In this document: positions 10,948 through 24,365 of the stretch, in pieces
Position numbering within the stretch: the first letter of the stretch is position 1
Layout: every line of letters starts with the position of its first letter
NCBI GenBank assembly: GCA_002189035.1
Contig: NEEC01000009.1
Coordinates: forward strand, 3,100,001-3,164,000
Source: Utricularia gibba
Lineage: Eukaryota > Plantae > Magnoliophyta
Direction of reading: 5' to 3'
Length of the DNA: 64,000 nucleotides
Translations under genes and position numbers: made by a program
The notes under the pieces: generated by a model
Databases searched by the model: none
Seen by the model: the letters and a program-made list of their open reading frames with translations, nothing else
Told to the model about the DNA's origin: nothing

Positions 10948-13537
10948 ATGCACCCGGCGATATCTTGCTGCGGGGGTGGTGCTCCGGTTCCACGGTGCCC
11001 CGAGAAAACTAGGACAGCGGTTAGTTCGTTTGCCTCCGTTAGGCACCTTCCGTTTCTGAGCCGCCGTAAGCTCTGCTGCTACGTCGTTTCCCGTCTTCCG
11101 GTTCATGGGGAAGCTCCGAAGTGAGGATCTTTTCTGTCTCCCTGTTGTATTTCTTGATGCGGTGGTCATTTTTATGCTATTCTTTGACAGGGGTGGTGAT
11201 AAAGTGGAATCCAAGAGTAGTAATTCCTGGTTGCGTTATAATCTACCTTCCGTTTCGCGTCGTACGTTTTTCGTCCGTTTGTTGACGCTTGCTTGGTGCT
11301 GTTACATTCTTCCTTCAAGCTGCTTCCCAGGTTTCTGGAATTTCTACTTTCCCTGATTTCTGCGTTATATAATGATTTCTGAGACCGTGAAATTCTTGTG
11401 GAGAAGGTACGGATTTTTCAGCCAATGCATTAGGAGATCCCTTGGTGACGATTGAACAAGTTACGCCTCAAGTAATCTCTTCTGGGCGACTTTTCCCATC
11501 CGAGGTTCATTTTTCTTTGCTAGATTGAGTGAATTGTTCGTCAGGGCTTACCTTTTCAGTTGTAAATTTACTAAGTTTCCTTGGCAGGGGAATTGATATG
11601 TGTCTCATTATCAGGAAAGAAATGTAACGCTATTTGAGAAGAACACTTACTCTGTTGTCAACATATTTGATGTGACATTGCGGCCTCAACTAAATATTAC
11701 TGGTGCAATTGAGGTCATTCCTTTTTCCAGCCTCACATAAGTTTCGCCGGCGTTGTATAGTCATTCCCTATTATCTTTGCTGACTTTGTTTTGTAGTTTT
11801 ACTCCATTTAATGCAATTTAAAAGTATTGCGTGTTTGTAGGTTCCTGAAGGAAATGGGTCAGGAGTGGTTTGGGACAAGGATGGTCATATTGTGACAAAC
11901 TTCCATGGTATGGTTTCTGATCGTTTGAGATCACATCTTACCTTTTCCAGTGTTTATTTTCTGATTTCAAAGCTTTTTTTTTTTTTTTGTATTAATCAGT
12001 TATTGGAAGTTCTCTTTCAAGAAATCCAACTCCTGGTGCAATTGTTGCCCGGGTCAATATTCTAACCTCTGAAGGGTAAACCTTCTAAATTACACTTGCT
12101 GCTAACGTTTCTATGATTATAATATCGTTGTCTCCATTTTGTTTCATTCTCTTACCGTCTTTCTTTTCTTTTTAATTTTCCATGAAGGGTACAGAAGAGT
12201 TTTGAAGGGAAGCTGATTGGTGCAGATCGTGCAAAGGATCTTGCTGTCTTGAAGGTTGATATACAACTGTAGTTCTTATTGTATGTATCATGTTTTCTGT
12301 GCATTGAAACATTCGCCCAAGGTAAAGTTCGGGCTACAGGAGTATCGAGTAAATGTAAACATCACATGTTTCCATCATACTTGTATGCCAGGTTGAAGCC
12401 CCCAAAGAGCTTTTGAAACCAATTGAGGTTGGGCCATCTGCACCCCTGAAAGTTGGTCAACAGTGCTTGGCAATTGGAAATCCATTTGGTTTTGACCACA
12501 CACTGACAGTTGGTGTGATTAGTGGTCTGAACAGAGACATATACAGTAAAACTGGAGTTACTATTGGTGGAGGGATTCAGACTGATGCTGCCATTAACCC
12601 CGGAAACAGGTTTAATTTTCTTCGTGTTTGTCTATTATCACTTCTCACTTCCTTATCGGTCATCTGTTGTTTGAAACCCTGTTTTGCTCTGCATTTTATC
12701 TTGGATGACATTCAGTGGTGGCCCTTTGTTGGATTCTAAGGGGAGTTTAATTGGGATTAACACAGCTATATTCACACAAACCGGTGACTACCAACTTTTT
12801 TCACATTGCTTATCACACATATGAGCCGCTGAGTCATGAAATTCCTAAAATATTTATCAATGTCTATTGCATACTGCAGGGACATCAGCTGGTGTAGGTT
12901 TTGCAATCCCTTCATCGACTGTGGTGAAAATAGTTCCACAACTGATCCGCTTTGGCAAGGTAAGATATCGACCTATGTTCTTTTGGGGTATCTGTCTTTT
13001 ATAAATTAAAATGAACTGCTAATACATACCCCCACCCTTCAATTATTGTCAGGTTGTCCGGGCTGGTTTGGACGCCATTATTGCACCAGATGTTACTGCA
13101 AATCAACTCAGTATTCAAAATGGAGCTTTAGTGTTACAGGTTTGTGCTTGCTTTAGATGAACAAAGTCAAGAGTTTCATTATTGGAGTACTCTTTTAATA
13201 TCAGAGCTGTGCGATGTTATAGGTTCCTCAAGACAGTTTAGCCTCAAAGGCAGGTCTTCAACCAACCACGCGGGTTTTGCCGGGAATATTATTCTTGGGG
13301 ATTTAATCATGTCAGTTGATGGCAAACCTGTGAGCATCCATATTAACGTGTGACTCTTATACCTTGTTTCACAATATGGTGGCTTATGAGATAGTAATCC
13401 CCTTCCAGGTACGGAATAGAGCAGAGTTGCTGAAAATTCTGGATGAGTATAATGTAGGAGATGAAGTTAGCCTAACGATACAAAGAGGCAAAGAAACAAT
13501 GGTGCTTCCCCTTGTTCTTGGGGAAAGTAAAGCATGA
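10948..13537 (+). CDS. DEG8: Thylakoid-lumen Deg/HtrA serine protease 8, 13 exons, one 1-nt frameshift in exon 12
   Basis: Exons 10948-11120, 11191-11330, 11422-11504, 11615-11713, 11841-11907, 12000-12075, 12188-12254, 12392-12609, 12716-12783, 12880-12959, 13053-13139, 13223-13329 and 13409-13537. Transit peptide with RR; triad motifs VTNFH, AKDLAV, AAINPGNSGG; FEKNTYSVVNIFDVTLRPQL typical of DEG8; C-terminal PDZ. Exon 12 is 107 nt between phase-0 junctions. Confidence 0.92.
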
Positions 13538-13841
13538 TTAGCGTTGTATGTCATGTGTATGGTCTATTTGTTTACAAACCAGTTGTAGCAGAAGAGCTCA
13601 TGAGGATGGAAACTGAAGCTGGTTTCCTTCATGGGAGTCTGAATATCAATCCGTCGACTGTAAGTTCAATGTTTCACAGAGTGAATACTTTCATGGCAAA
13701 CATTTCCCATTTGCTAGATTTTCACATTAGCTCAGAGCAAATTTCACCTACTTTTCAGTGCTGGGAATTGAAAGCTTGAGTTTGCAAGTGACATTTTTTG
13801 CTCTAGTAACTCGGTAGCTATGAGTTCAGTTCTACAAAAAT

Positions 13842-15989
13842 TTAACAGGGAAAGAGCAAGAAAGAAGGCTCTGTATGTACACTGCCGTTGGAAAACCTAA
13901 TCCTATTCAACTTGTTATGGCACCAAACAAGTTGCTCTGTTGTAATATTCGACATGTTCAAAACTCTAGCTACTAAAGCCGTATCCACTTTGGAGAAAAA
14001 GCACTGAACCTGGTTGGAATCACTGCCATCTCTGCATTGTCTCAGTTTCCTCACTATGCAGTTTTCGCTTCTCAAAACGATGTTCAGTTTCTTCTCCTTC
14101 TGCATTCCAGCACACAACAGTGTAAGTGAACTGTATAACCTTGTTCATTCTGGACATGAATTCTTCTGACCTTTTGTAGTGCCCTTCTGGTTTCCATCAG
14201 CAGCCTCTGCTCACCAGGCACCCTCTTGCAGCTGTTGACTGCTGCGACGGAACAATCCTTGTCGGCTCGGACGAATCTCCAAAATATTCGTATGGATTCC
14301 TCCAGAATCTCCACAAGCGTTTCACTTGTGATGGCATATTCATCCCTGCCTTTCCTTTTGGCCTTGTTCTTACTGTCATCTGCCAACACCAGTGCATCCC
14401 ACCATCATTTAAACAGAAGAGCAGCAAGATAAAGAAGAGTGTTTTCGTACCCCGGATCACAGGGACCTGAAGGAGATTCCGGAAAATGCATCGGCTCTTG
14501 ACGTAATTCTGAACTCTTGGCCCCTGAAAGGCCTCATCCTCGACGAACCTTCGCAGCAGCACTTGAAATTGTTGAAACTCAGTAGCCACCTCATTGAAGG
14601 TCCTTACCCCCCTGGAATCAGACTGCCACAGGTCCCACACTTTTTCGTATTGCCAGTGCAGGAACTCCCATGAGAGGCACATCTGTCCCACGTATACCAT
14701 CTCAAGATCACCTTTTAATTCCTCCACGAGCTTCTTGCAGGATCATTTCCATGGATTTTGTGCCTGCACAGCCACAACTTCCGAGGCACTATGGATTTGC
14801 GAACCGGGGCCTTGGGCTTTGAGGTTGCTCCAAGAGGATCATCCTTGAGCTGCAGAAAACCTGAACCATGAAAAGATGAGAGTTGGTCTCAGTTTATAAA
14901 AACTGAGAGCAAGAATGAGTTTGCTGACTGACCCATGGCGTACATTTTCTGGTAATTCATGATGTCAAACTTGCGCATTTTTTCTCTGTAGCTCTTGTAG
15001 AACTTGCGCAGCTCTCCGATGCAGTCTTGACGCCGGAATTCATCGATCTTCCATGGTCTCAGGTCATCAAACATCTTGGGAGATTCTGATTCTTCCATTA
15101 TGGTTGGAAGGCCTGTGGCTCGAACCCTCTTGATCTCCATTCTCAGCTGCTCTATGAGATCCTGATGTTCCCACAGAGACTCCAATTCTTCTTCTTCTTC
15201 TTCTTCATCATCCTTCACCTCTTCTCTGGCATTCACATTCTGTGGTTCATCTTTTCCACTGGTTGAAATCTCACTGAAATCTTCTCCAGATGACAAATTG
15301 GAGCTTGAATCATCTGCAAATTCATATTCATCCTGCGAAGATTCTCTCTCAGATTCCATTTCCTCGAAGTCTTGGATACCTACAAAAGCCTCCTTTAGAT
15401 CCTGAGAACTTGACCCTGAATCACGAGCACAACTTTTCTGAGACAAAAGCCACACACTTTTCTCAGATACAACAACATCCTCTGTATCTGCCGCTGTTTT
15501 CACTTCATTTTCTTTACCATCAAAACCCAAAACTTTTCCCTCCTTTTCACTTTCACACAAGTTGCTTGCAGCCTTGGCACTTTCTTTCACGCCAAAGGTG
15601 TCCAGTTCGTCATCCATCAAACTTTTCTCGTATTTAAAACTGCCCTCGTGATCAGATTCAGTATCTACACTTTTGCTTCTTGTGAATTCTTCAAAAGTCG
15701 GAAACTTAAATTTCAGACAAATCTCACTCTCTTCTTCCTCTGTACTAATCTCAATAGTTTCAGAATCTCCTTCCACGCTATCACTGCTCTTAATTGGGGG
15801 ACTTCTCCCATTTCTGCAAATACAAAAGAAGGGGAATCAAGACTTCCCCTTTATCGTAATTGAGAAAAAGGAAGAAACTTTTTACCTGGAAACGTAAGCA
15901 GAGATGAATCTGAGAATTGTGTTGTTGAGTTGCAGACACAAAGCGATGGCTTGAAGCAAAGAGATCAGTTTCTGGAAGAGAAGGCGCAT
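13842..15989 (-). CDS. DUF1666-domain protein with acidic central region, 5 exons, one 1-nt frameshift in exon 3
   Basis: Exons 15989-15886, 15813-14933, 14860-14451, 14379-14171 and 14099-13842. Family motifs LWEHQDLIEQLRME, GLPTIMEESESPK, DLEMVYVGQMCLSWEFLHWQY and terminal EPSFLLFPC*. Start codon choice is inferred. Confidence 0.85.
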
Positions 15990-17799
15990 GCTGTGTTGAC
16001 TGAGAAAATGGAGCACGAAAACAAGTTGTGGAGAGAAAAATAACCATGAGGAGAAAGCGGAGTGGCGACCAATCAAGACCGAAAAACGCGGTGTCAAACC
16101 ATTGAATGGAAAATGCCGGTGGACGAAAAGGAAGTAACAAATCAATTACAATTATGGGGTTTTGTTGAAGACTTCAAACCGCGAAAAAGACTCGGCACCT
16201 TTGTGAAAGATGAGTATCAACAACAACAACGCTTTCAGCATATGAATTTGCCACAGAAACCATCAGAATCCTCAGCTCGAATCTCACCTAATTTTTCAGC
16301 TTAAGAAAAAAAAACGAAGACCCAGCAACAGAAATGGGTCCGCTGCCCCGTTCATGGGATGAGCTGGAAATGTTGGGGGTTTCCCAAAATGAAGAAGACC
16401 GCAATTCCCAAAACGAGAGGCGGTGTACGGCGGCGGCACAGTTAATGGCCGTATTCAATTCGCGGAGTTCAATCTAATTGGACGGGGAGTAGGCTGTTAG
16501 GTAGGAAAGGGAAGTGGCAATGAATCTCCAGGGTAGAGTTTTCCAATTTTTTACATGGTAATATGGGTAAATGGTAACCAACAACCGATTCTCGTTGCAT
16601 TTGGGCACTCATTGATTTCTTGGTGGACTGGAGAGAGAAGGCCTGGCAGCCATTAAATACCTTCCAAGGTAGCTGGAGCAGAGGGCGACGAGGAAGAAGA
16701 AGCATTTGACTGCTTTAACCACCGCCGGGAACCGCCACCGAAGAAACAGGTGGAGGTTGTGAAACAAGATTAGGGTTTATTTGGTTCTATTATCTCAAAA
16801 TCATTTATTTAAAACTGGGTATGCGCCGGGCCGTTCAGAAGATATTTATTGGGCTTCTCTAGGCCCAACAGAATGGCTCTGGTACACGAATCCAAGTAGA
16901 AGAGGTCTCGTCCCTGTCCCCTAGATTCCACATTTATGTGTTGCACATGCGACACTCCATCATCTTGTACCCGTCGCAGTGGAACTTGTACATTACTCCA
17001 CCAGGGGGGCCGCATTCCTACTTGGTACACGACTCGAAAAACATAAGCTCGAAATTATTGGGGTTATGCATGTGAACAGTACACACTCTAGACCTTGTTG
17101 GTGATCGTTTTTTAAATTAAATTATGGGCCTTTGGCCCAAATTTCAGCCCTCTGCCCAATGGGCTAATATATGGGCCTTTCGTTGTTGGGTGAGAAAACC
17201 ACCAATAACTCGCTCTACAGTCACCTCCATTTTCAATCACTCCCCAGTTTAGTTCGTTTTTTTTTTTTGTCACCAGGTTTTGTCTTTTCTATTGTTTTTT
17301 CAGTAATCACCACTTATTAAGTGCTTAGAGAAATGAATAAATGGCTTTAGCCCTGATAATAATGGATTAAGCAAGATGGGGAGCAGGATTTGATTTTAGA
17401 TTCAGATGTACACATCGGCATAACGCATCCTGTTGCTCATTCCATATCAGGATGTGTTTCGAATACCCCAACTCCTTTTGATAATCATGCATCTCGAGTG
17501 TTGTTTGGCATTTCGATGGGTTTTTTCTAAGATAGCTTCTCATGGCAACCTTACAGTAGCACCAATGGGGAAGGGATCGTTAACAGCCAGGTCTGTGAAT
17601 CGTGCCATAGATGGCAACCAAGTGGCCAAGATTTTTCGACAGAGCTCTTAGTATCATAATCCCTTCCTGGTAATCTCCGACTGTTTTCTCGTGTTTCACA
17701 GCCATAGCTCACCTTACAGTACAGACTTCGTCGCCAACATTGTGACAGCCTTCCCAGCGGAGCCAAGAAGCTCAAGGGCTGCTCGGAAATCTCACCTGG

Positions 17800-18004
17800 T
17801 AGAGGAGATGGCATCCCAACAAGAAGAAGAAGCATTGTGTAAGATTGCAAAGCAGTTCTAACCCCCATTAGGACATCTCCATATTTGTCCGACTTTACAG
17901 CCAGGTGTCAAGGGATGGGGCTTCCACTAGAACCAAATGCCCTTCTCACTGCGTTCAGAATCACATTTTCCAATGGGGGTTGGTCGCAGGTAACCAAACC
18001 CTAG
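17800..18004 (+). mobile_element. Possible degenerate gypsy (Tat/Athila-type) accessory-ORF remnant
   Basis: ATG-less open frame 17843-18004 reads ...SDFTARCQGMGLPLEPNALLTAFRITFSNGGWSQ, loosely resembling the F-x3-C-x3-G-x-P...F...GW pattern of plant gypsy-associated 'transposase' domains. Stops nearby; no termini found. Confidence 0.2.
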
Positions 18005-19296
18005 TCAGACATGGAACTAACAGTGACGCTGAGGCCAGGTGATCTCAATCTCCTCCTAGCTTAGCTTCCACCAAACGGGTTGAATAATGCAAGTTCCTTT
18101 TTTCTCCCAAACACACAGAGTCAATGAATGAGTTAATGGTAATGGGGATCAGTTACTCAATTAATCAAGGCCCACAAGCACCCCATTATCGATTATACTT
18201 AAAAGTTCATCGCAGAGCACGACAGGCTATGGATCTCCACGAATCTAACAGTCCCCACCCACGACCTCTATCCACCAATAATTATCGACCATGGACTTTG
18301 TGGCCACAAGCATATATGGAATCCTGATTTATCTTCATGTTTGTTTGTGTAACATGGATTTATTTTGTCTGAAAATGGACACCAAATTCTATCTGATAGA
18401 CATCTTACAGTAAGCCAAATAATGGATTTGAGATAGAAGTTACATGAGAAAATATTTTGTATTGATTATACAACGAAAACATGCATATCAAACAAACGTT
18501 ATTACTAACTCATATGTATTTACAAGCATCAACAACGATCAAAGCATGTTACTAACAAACATTTCATATCATTTACCTTTTAAGTAGATCGTTTTTATGT
18601 ATGAAAAAAATCATGTTTAACCATCCGTACTTTTTACTATACTGTCAAAAATTTATCATTCATGATAATTATAATTCTAACATATCACACATGTGATACG
18701 ATGATTGGTTTTCTAAATCATTTGTATTTAATAATGAAATTATTTTTTAAATAGGTTGATTGCCCTTTTTTTTAGTATCACCTAAATGACAGGTACGTGC
18801 ATTGTGGTATTAAACCCTATTTTGTTGATTCAACGGCGGTGAAAGTACAAAGTGGAGCAGGTATTCCGAGCAGGGAAAAGTTGCCCCCATCGGACATGAA
18901 CAAAAGGACTGCAAGTACAGAGTTGAGAAATCTCAGTACGCGAGGGCAGAAAAGATGAATCAGGTCTAGACTTGAAAGTGTTTGGTAGCAGCATCATCAA
19001 TCATTCTTTGCTGTCTGTAATGGACATTTTAGGTGCTGGTTAAAGGTTTTGTTAGGTCTACCCAGATGGAAACAAACTCCGATCCACCGGACCGACACAA
19101 TAAACGACGTCGTGTTTTGTTTCTTTTTAAAAAGAGGAAGTCATTTTGAAGGGGCGAGTTAGAAAAGGAATAAAGGAAAAATGTGCCTCTCAGCTGTATA
19201 AATAAAGCCATCGGTTTAGGGTTTTCCTCTGTGCAGTGAAGAAGACCCTATTCTTTTCTTCTCCACTTCCCATATTCCGTAGCAACAGACCCTTCG

Positions 19297-19581
19297 ATGA
19301 AGAAACGCCAGGTGGTGTACCGGAGATCGGAGGATCAGTTTCCGATCAGCTCAGCCAACTCCGCTTTTACAGCGAGGACCGTCCGGTATGGCGAATGCCA
19401 AAAGAACCAAGCTGCCAATTTTGGAGGGTATGCTGTCGACGGTTGCCGGGAATTTATGCCTGGAGGAGAGGAGGGCACTAGAGAAGCCTTCACTTGCGCC
19501 GCCTGCGGCTGCCACCGCAACTTCCACCGGCGGGAGACTTCCGTCGAAGTCGCCAACAACTCAACCTCCCAAAACTGGTAG
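19297..19581 (+). CDS. MIF: Mini zinc finger (MIF) microProtein, 94 aa, intronless
   Basis: [26 protein letters not shown]...[18 protein letters not shown] dimerisation finger with no homeodomain; TATA-like TATAAATA at about 19197. Confidence 0.93.
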   Translation: MKKRQVVYRRSEDQFPISSANSAFTARTVRYGECQKNQAANFGGYAVDGCREFMPGGEEGTREAFTCAACGCHRNFHRRETSVEVANNSTSQNW

Positions 19582-20225
19582 ATTTGTCTCATGTTGAAAT
19601 GTGTTTCCAATGCTCATTTGCAATGATTAATCAAAAATGCCATTTGGTATCATGAAAATTACAAAGCTCTGAATCATTGGTTTGGAAATTGCGATATCCC
19701 TACCTTAGCTTGTGTTGGTGAAACGAGGAGTGAATCCCGACCGCCATTTACTGACCTAGCCCAGTAATTGCCTTAGTGTTACGTGATTTCACTGCATGGA
19801 GACATGTAGAGCAGAGCTTCTCCTCCTCTCCTACGCCTTGCTTTCATTTACGCTTCATCAATACTGGTAGACCTTTTTCTGTTGGCTTTCCTTGTTCATC
19901 TACAATACCCCTTCTGCTTGTTCATTTAGATCGAAATATGTAGAACAGGGCTGCCGGGATTGCATCGGATCTGACTGAGTTTCTTGTTGGTGTTTTCCAT
20001 TCACTAGACATAGTTGTGGCTGACCCCAAATGCAGATTGATTCCATAACACTCGTTGGAAGTAAGAAAAAAAATTCTCAAACTACTTTGAACATGTTTCC
20101 TTGTTTATTTATGGTAATACTGAAGATGCATAAAAACGGTATCAAAAGTTGGGGGAGGCTGAAGGAACCCATGCTCAAAGCATCATGTGCCCCATGAGAT
20201 TTCAGGTGAGGAGATGGATCAGCCA

Positions 20226-21820
20226 TCATACAGTCAGCAGTTCCTAGAATGATAGAAAGTAGTCTTAGAACAAATAGCTACTGGGGTAACAGAGATTGAC
20301 CTAATTCATGAACAATTGACTAACCTTCTCCTTCTGTTTGAAGATCGAGTCGATCTTCTTCATGTACTCATCCGTCACCTTCTGCAGATACATCAGAAAG
20401 GGTAAAGGGGGGAACAGTGGCTAACAGTAAAGCAGAAACTCGATGATTTTTGTACCTGCAAATCACTAGACAAGTCCTTCACATTGTCTTCTGAGAGCTT
20501 CTTCTCCTGTGACAGACTTTGTTGGTGGCAGATGACAACATAAAACTAGAACAAAAGAGAAGAAGTTTTGTTTCTGAGACCTTTTCCAATTTGTCATAGG
20601 ATTTGATTGCATCTCTTCTTATATTCCTTACTGCAACCTACAGACGTAGTGGTCATGGTTTGAATTGGAGTTGGGAACAGTCCCAAAACAGAGTTTAAAA
20701 AGACTATAAATTCAATTAACTATGAGCTTACCTTGCCTTCTTCAGCGTGCTTCGCAACAAGCTTCAACATTTCCTGATGCACCGATTGCGCACAATGAGA
20801 AAAAAAAAAAAAAAAAAAACTCCTGAAGTTCTTGATCGTGGATCAGGAGCTGACCTTCCTCCTGTCAGAAGTAAGCTGTGGTAGAACTAATCTAATAACC
20901 TCCCCATCATTGTTAGGAGTCAGGCCAAGGTTAGAGTCCACAATGGCTTTCTCGATAATCTTCAAGCTGGAATTTAAATATAATGCAAATACATGAACAA
21001 CAGTCGACTTAAGAGATAGCAGTTATTTAAGTTTACAAAATTGTAGTTGGAGCACAGCACCTAGACTTATCATATGGCTGAACCAGGAGAGAACTAGCAT
21101 CAGGGGTAGAAATCTGAGCTATGGACTTCAGCAGTACCGGTGTTCCATAATATTCTACCTGAGAAGAAGAGCCAGAGGCAGGTGGCAACTTCTGTATTCA
21201 ACCATAATCAACTATCAAAAGACATGTTATGTAATACCTCAACTTTGTCAAGAATAGCAGGGTTTGATCTTCCGGTTCGAACAGAATTGAAACTTGACTT
21301 CAGATTTTCAAGGGTCTTTTCCATTCTATCTTTCTGCAATAAACATAACCTTCATAGTTTCAAGAACAATAAAGGTTCCTCATCACATGACATTTCTCAT
21401 CTTACAGTTTCTTTTTCAATCATAGACTTCTCTGCTTCTATTTCTTCAATAGTTGCACACCGCACACCCACGAATCTAAGGATGCATAACTACAAATTGT
21501 CATGAAATGAAACAAATAACTTGCTTAAATTAAATTTAGCATGCCTTTTATTCCACATTTGCTTGACAATTAACTGATTTCCACAAAACCCTCTGGCTGT
21601 GACACCGAAGTTCGGACAATTCAAGTAAGCACTCCATGAAAAAGCAGCATTTTTCAACACTGTAGCAAAAACATTTGTATCATCAGATTAATGAACACAA
21701 TAGAAGCGCTGCATTCATTCATTCAGTCCCGGTACCAGATAGACGAGTTTTAGCGGGTGGGTTGTTGGATACGAACGACACGGATCGTAAATAGGATGCA
21801 GGAGACAACGCGACCGCCAT
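20226..21820 (-). CDS. RRF: Chloroplast ribosome recycling factor, 11 exons
   Basis: Exons 21820-21736, 21659-21545, 21475-21406, 21333-21238, 21158-21061, 20966-20855, 20773-20732, 20637-20581, 20506-20456, 20381-20325 and 20243-20226. Transit peptide, then [62 protein letters not shown]. Missed by the ORF track because the exons are short. Confidence 0.93.
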
Positions 21821-24365
21821 TGAAGTCAGATACACCTGCGTCATCAAATTGCTCTGCCCTCAGCACGAAAGAGCCCCACAAAACTCATCTCTAATTAAAA
21901 CAACTAAAAGCAGAAGCATTCCGCTGCGAAATTTCATTCCGCGACGCAGGCAAAACAAAGAACAAGTTACCTTCACCACTCACACGCTGCGCGTTCTAAC
22001 GATGTAGGCAACACTTGCAGAGGATAAACCGTTTTACAAAACACATACAGACGAGGAACACCTTCTCAATCTCAAATTCCAACGAAGCACGTATTACACC
22101 ATTTGCACTTTCCTGATCAGCCCAACCCAATTCCGCAAATTCTTATAGAGAGACGGCCCAATTAAAGGATCCGGATAAGCCCAGCCCAATTTCACGTGTA
22201 CATGTGTTTCATTATGGAATGAATTCCGAAGATCCCGATCCCGCCCCCTCCCCACCATAACCTATTTTTGGCATTTTTCTTGCACGGTTGTGAAAAATAT
22301 AAAGAATGTGTTATTTTTCACATACATACATTGATCATAATCTAAAAATTTTTGACTCGAAATTTTGCTCTTTTCAACCATCAAATTTTAGATAAACAAT
22401 GCATATTTCATTAAATGGGCGTGATGACATTTTGGTGCATTAAATACCTCCAAGAAGCTCCAATTTTTTTGATAAATATAATTAATTTTTGTTTCATAAT
22501 AATTGTAATGAAAATGGGAGAGATGTGAAGGTGTGTTGTAGATCTGGATCTAACCATTTGTGTGATGCCTCAATCAATTTCCGTCACATGGATCTGATGT
22601 CTGAAATGGGTATTCATATTCATATTCATATTCCCCCGTGACAACGCAACGCAAGCAACCACACTGCACTGCACACATATGGACACAAACCCTCCCGGTC
22701 AACACACGCTTTCCGTGTCCAGATCCCCTGTCCAATTACCTCGCAACCCCTTAATCACGCCTCTCACTAACCATTTTAAATGTGAAACATGTAATGCTCG
22801 AATGTAGTATTTTTATAAATTATTAAATCGGATGTCATTAATTTTTAATCATATTTATTATAAAATATTAGACAAATAAAAATAATAATCATTTTTTATT
22901 AAAATTGTTTAATCAAAATAAAAAACAATGAATTCTAATTGTCCCCGTTTTTTTTAAAAAAACTATTGAAATAGTCAATGGCGGATTGTGCATGATCATG
23001 GTCATTTTTCCGGCTTTTACGTTTCTATCCCTCATAACACCATATGTCAGCAAACTGGGTGATTGACATTTTTAAATTAAAATTATCAGTCTTGGTTTTT
23101 ATAGCATCTTTTCTGAAATTCTAGATGTCTTATGAACATTAAGGGGCGACCATGTTTTCTGAAATTGACAAAATTATCCATTTCTATCTAATGTGGAGTT
23201 GCGTTGAGTACAATAATAAGACAGCGGGGGTAAGCTAATATGTGCTGTAAAGAAAGGAAAGGGCAGGCACAGGTGTGAATAAAACCAATATAAATAAATC
23301 ATTTATGGACAAAACGCGACCATTTTTTACCAACTCTCTGAGAAAATAGTTAATGTGAGGGAAAAAGGTGGGCCCGGGTGGTTGAATCAGTCTCACGCGA
23401 GAGACGGACGGTCCCCGACCCCACCAATAAATTTCATACAAACGTATAATTAAGTCCCTAATTAATTATAAATTTGAAATACGTTCAGATTTAATTATGT
23501 ATACGTATTTCAATTGTGGTTTTACCCTTTTCACGTTGTCAATAAACCTAAATGTTACTTTTAAAAATAATTAAAGTATGATAAAATTAAACTACTTATT
23601 TAAAATAAAATTTATCATCGAACATTCAAATTAAATAAAATGACTTCCAAAATTGTATATAAACCATGCCCCAAATACTACCTATAATATTAACATAAGA
23701 ATTTGCTAGTCTGTAATGTGGCCCCAATTTATTGAAAGTGAAATTTTACATTCCATTTAAAAATTAGAATTTAGAAATATTAAATTTAAATAATTATTGT
23801 TATTTTTTAAAACATTTTATAAAAGAATCGATCCAAAACGAATAATAGATGGAATTATGTTTTAAAATACTGAATTGAATTAAAGAGTGATAAATGCAAG
23901 ACATCGTTTAAGCCCTAGATTAGCAAGTCATGTGATTGAATAGATGATCTGGAATAGTGTAATGGATAAAGATGAAGGGCCAAGAACAAAAAGAAAGAAG
24001 AGATGACACATGATTCAATGATTATCGCCCAGAATATTACATCTGTATCCATCCAGTTTTGTCTTCTCTTCGGACCAAAAAAACCAAAAACTACGAGGAG
24101 CAGTAATGGGAAAATGGTTGATTAACGTAACTTCTGTCTAACTTTCCTCTGCGGCAGCCCCACGGTTCTCAGACATGCCCATGAATGAATTCTGTTTCTC
24201 ACAAATCCCACGAACACACACACACACACACCCAATTCGATTCTTGACTCGAGGAAACCCTGATCAACGACAATGATTAGAGATTGATTGGGGGATTTGG
24301 GAGAGTAAGCATCTAACCGGAATCAATGGATACACACTCGGCATCTGGAAAATCTCTCCACCGAT

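Noticed and set aside
10874-11059. ORF MAVSSLRKD... as the DEG8 start
   Set aside because: Stops at 11059; only the frame starting at ATG 10948 splices in phase to exon 2.
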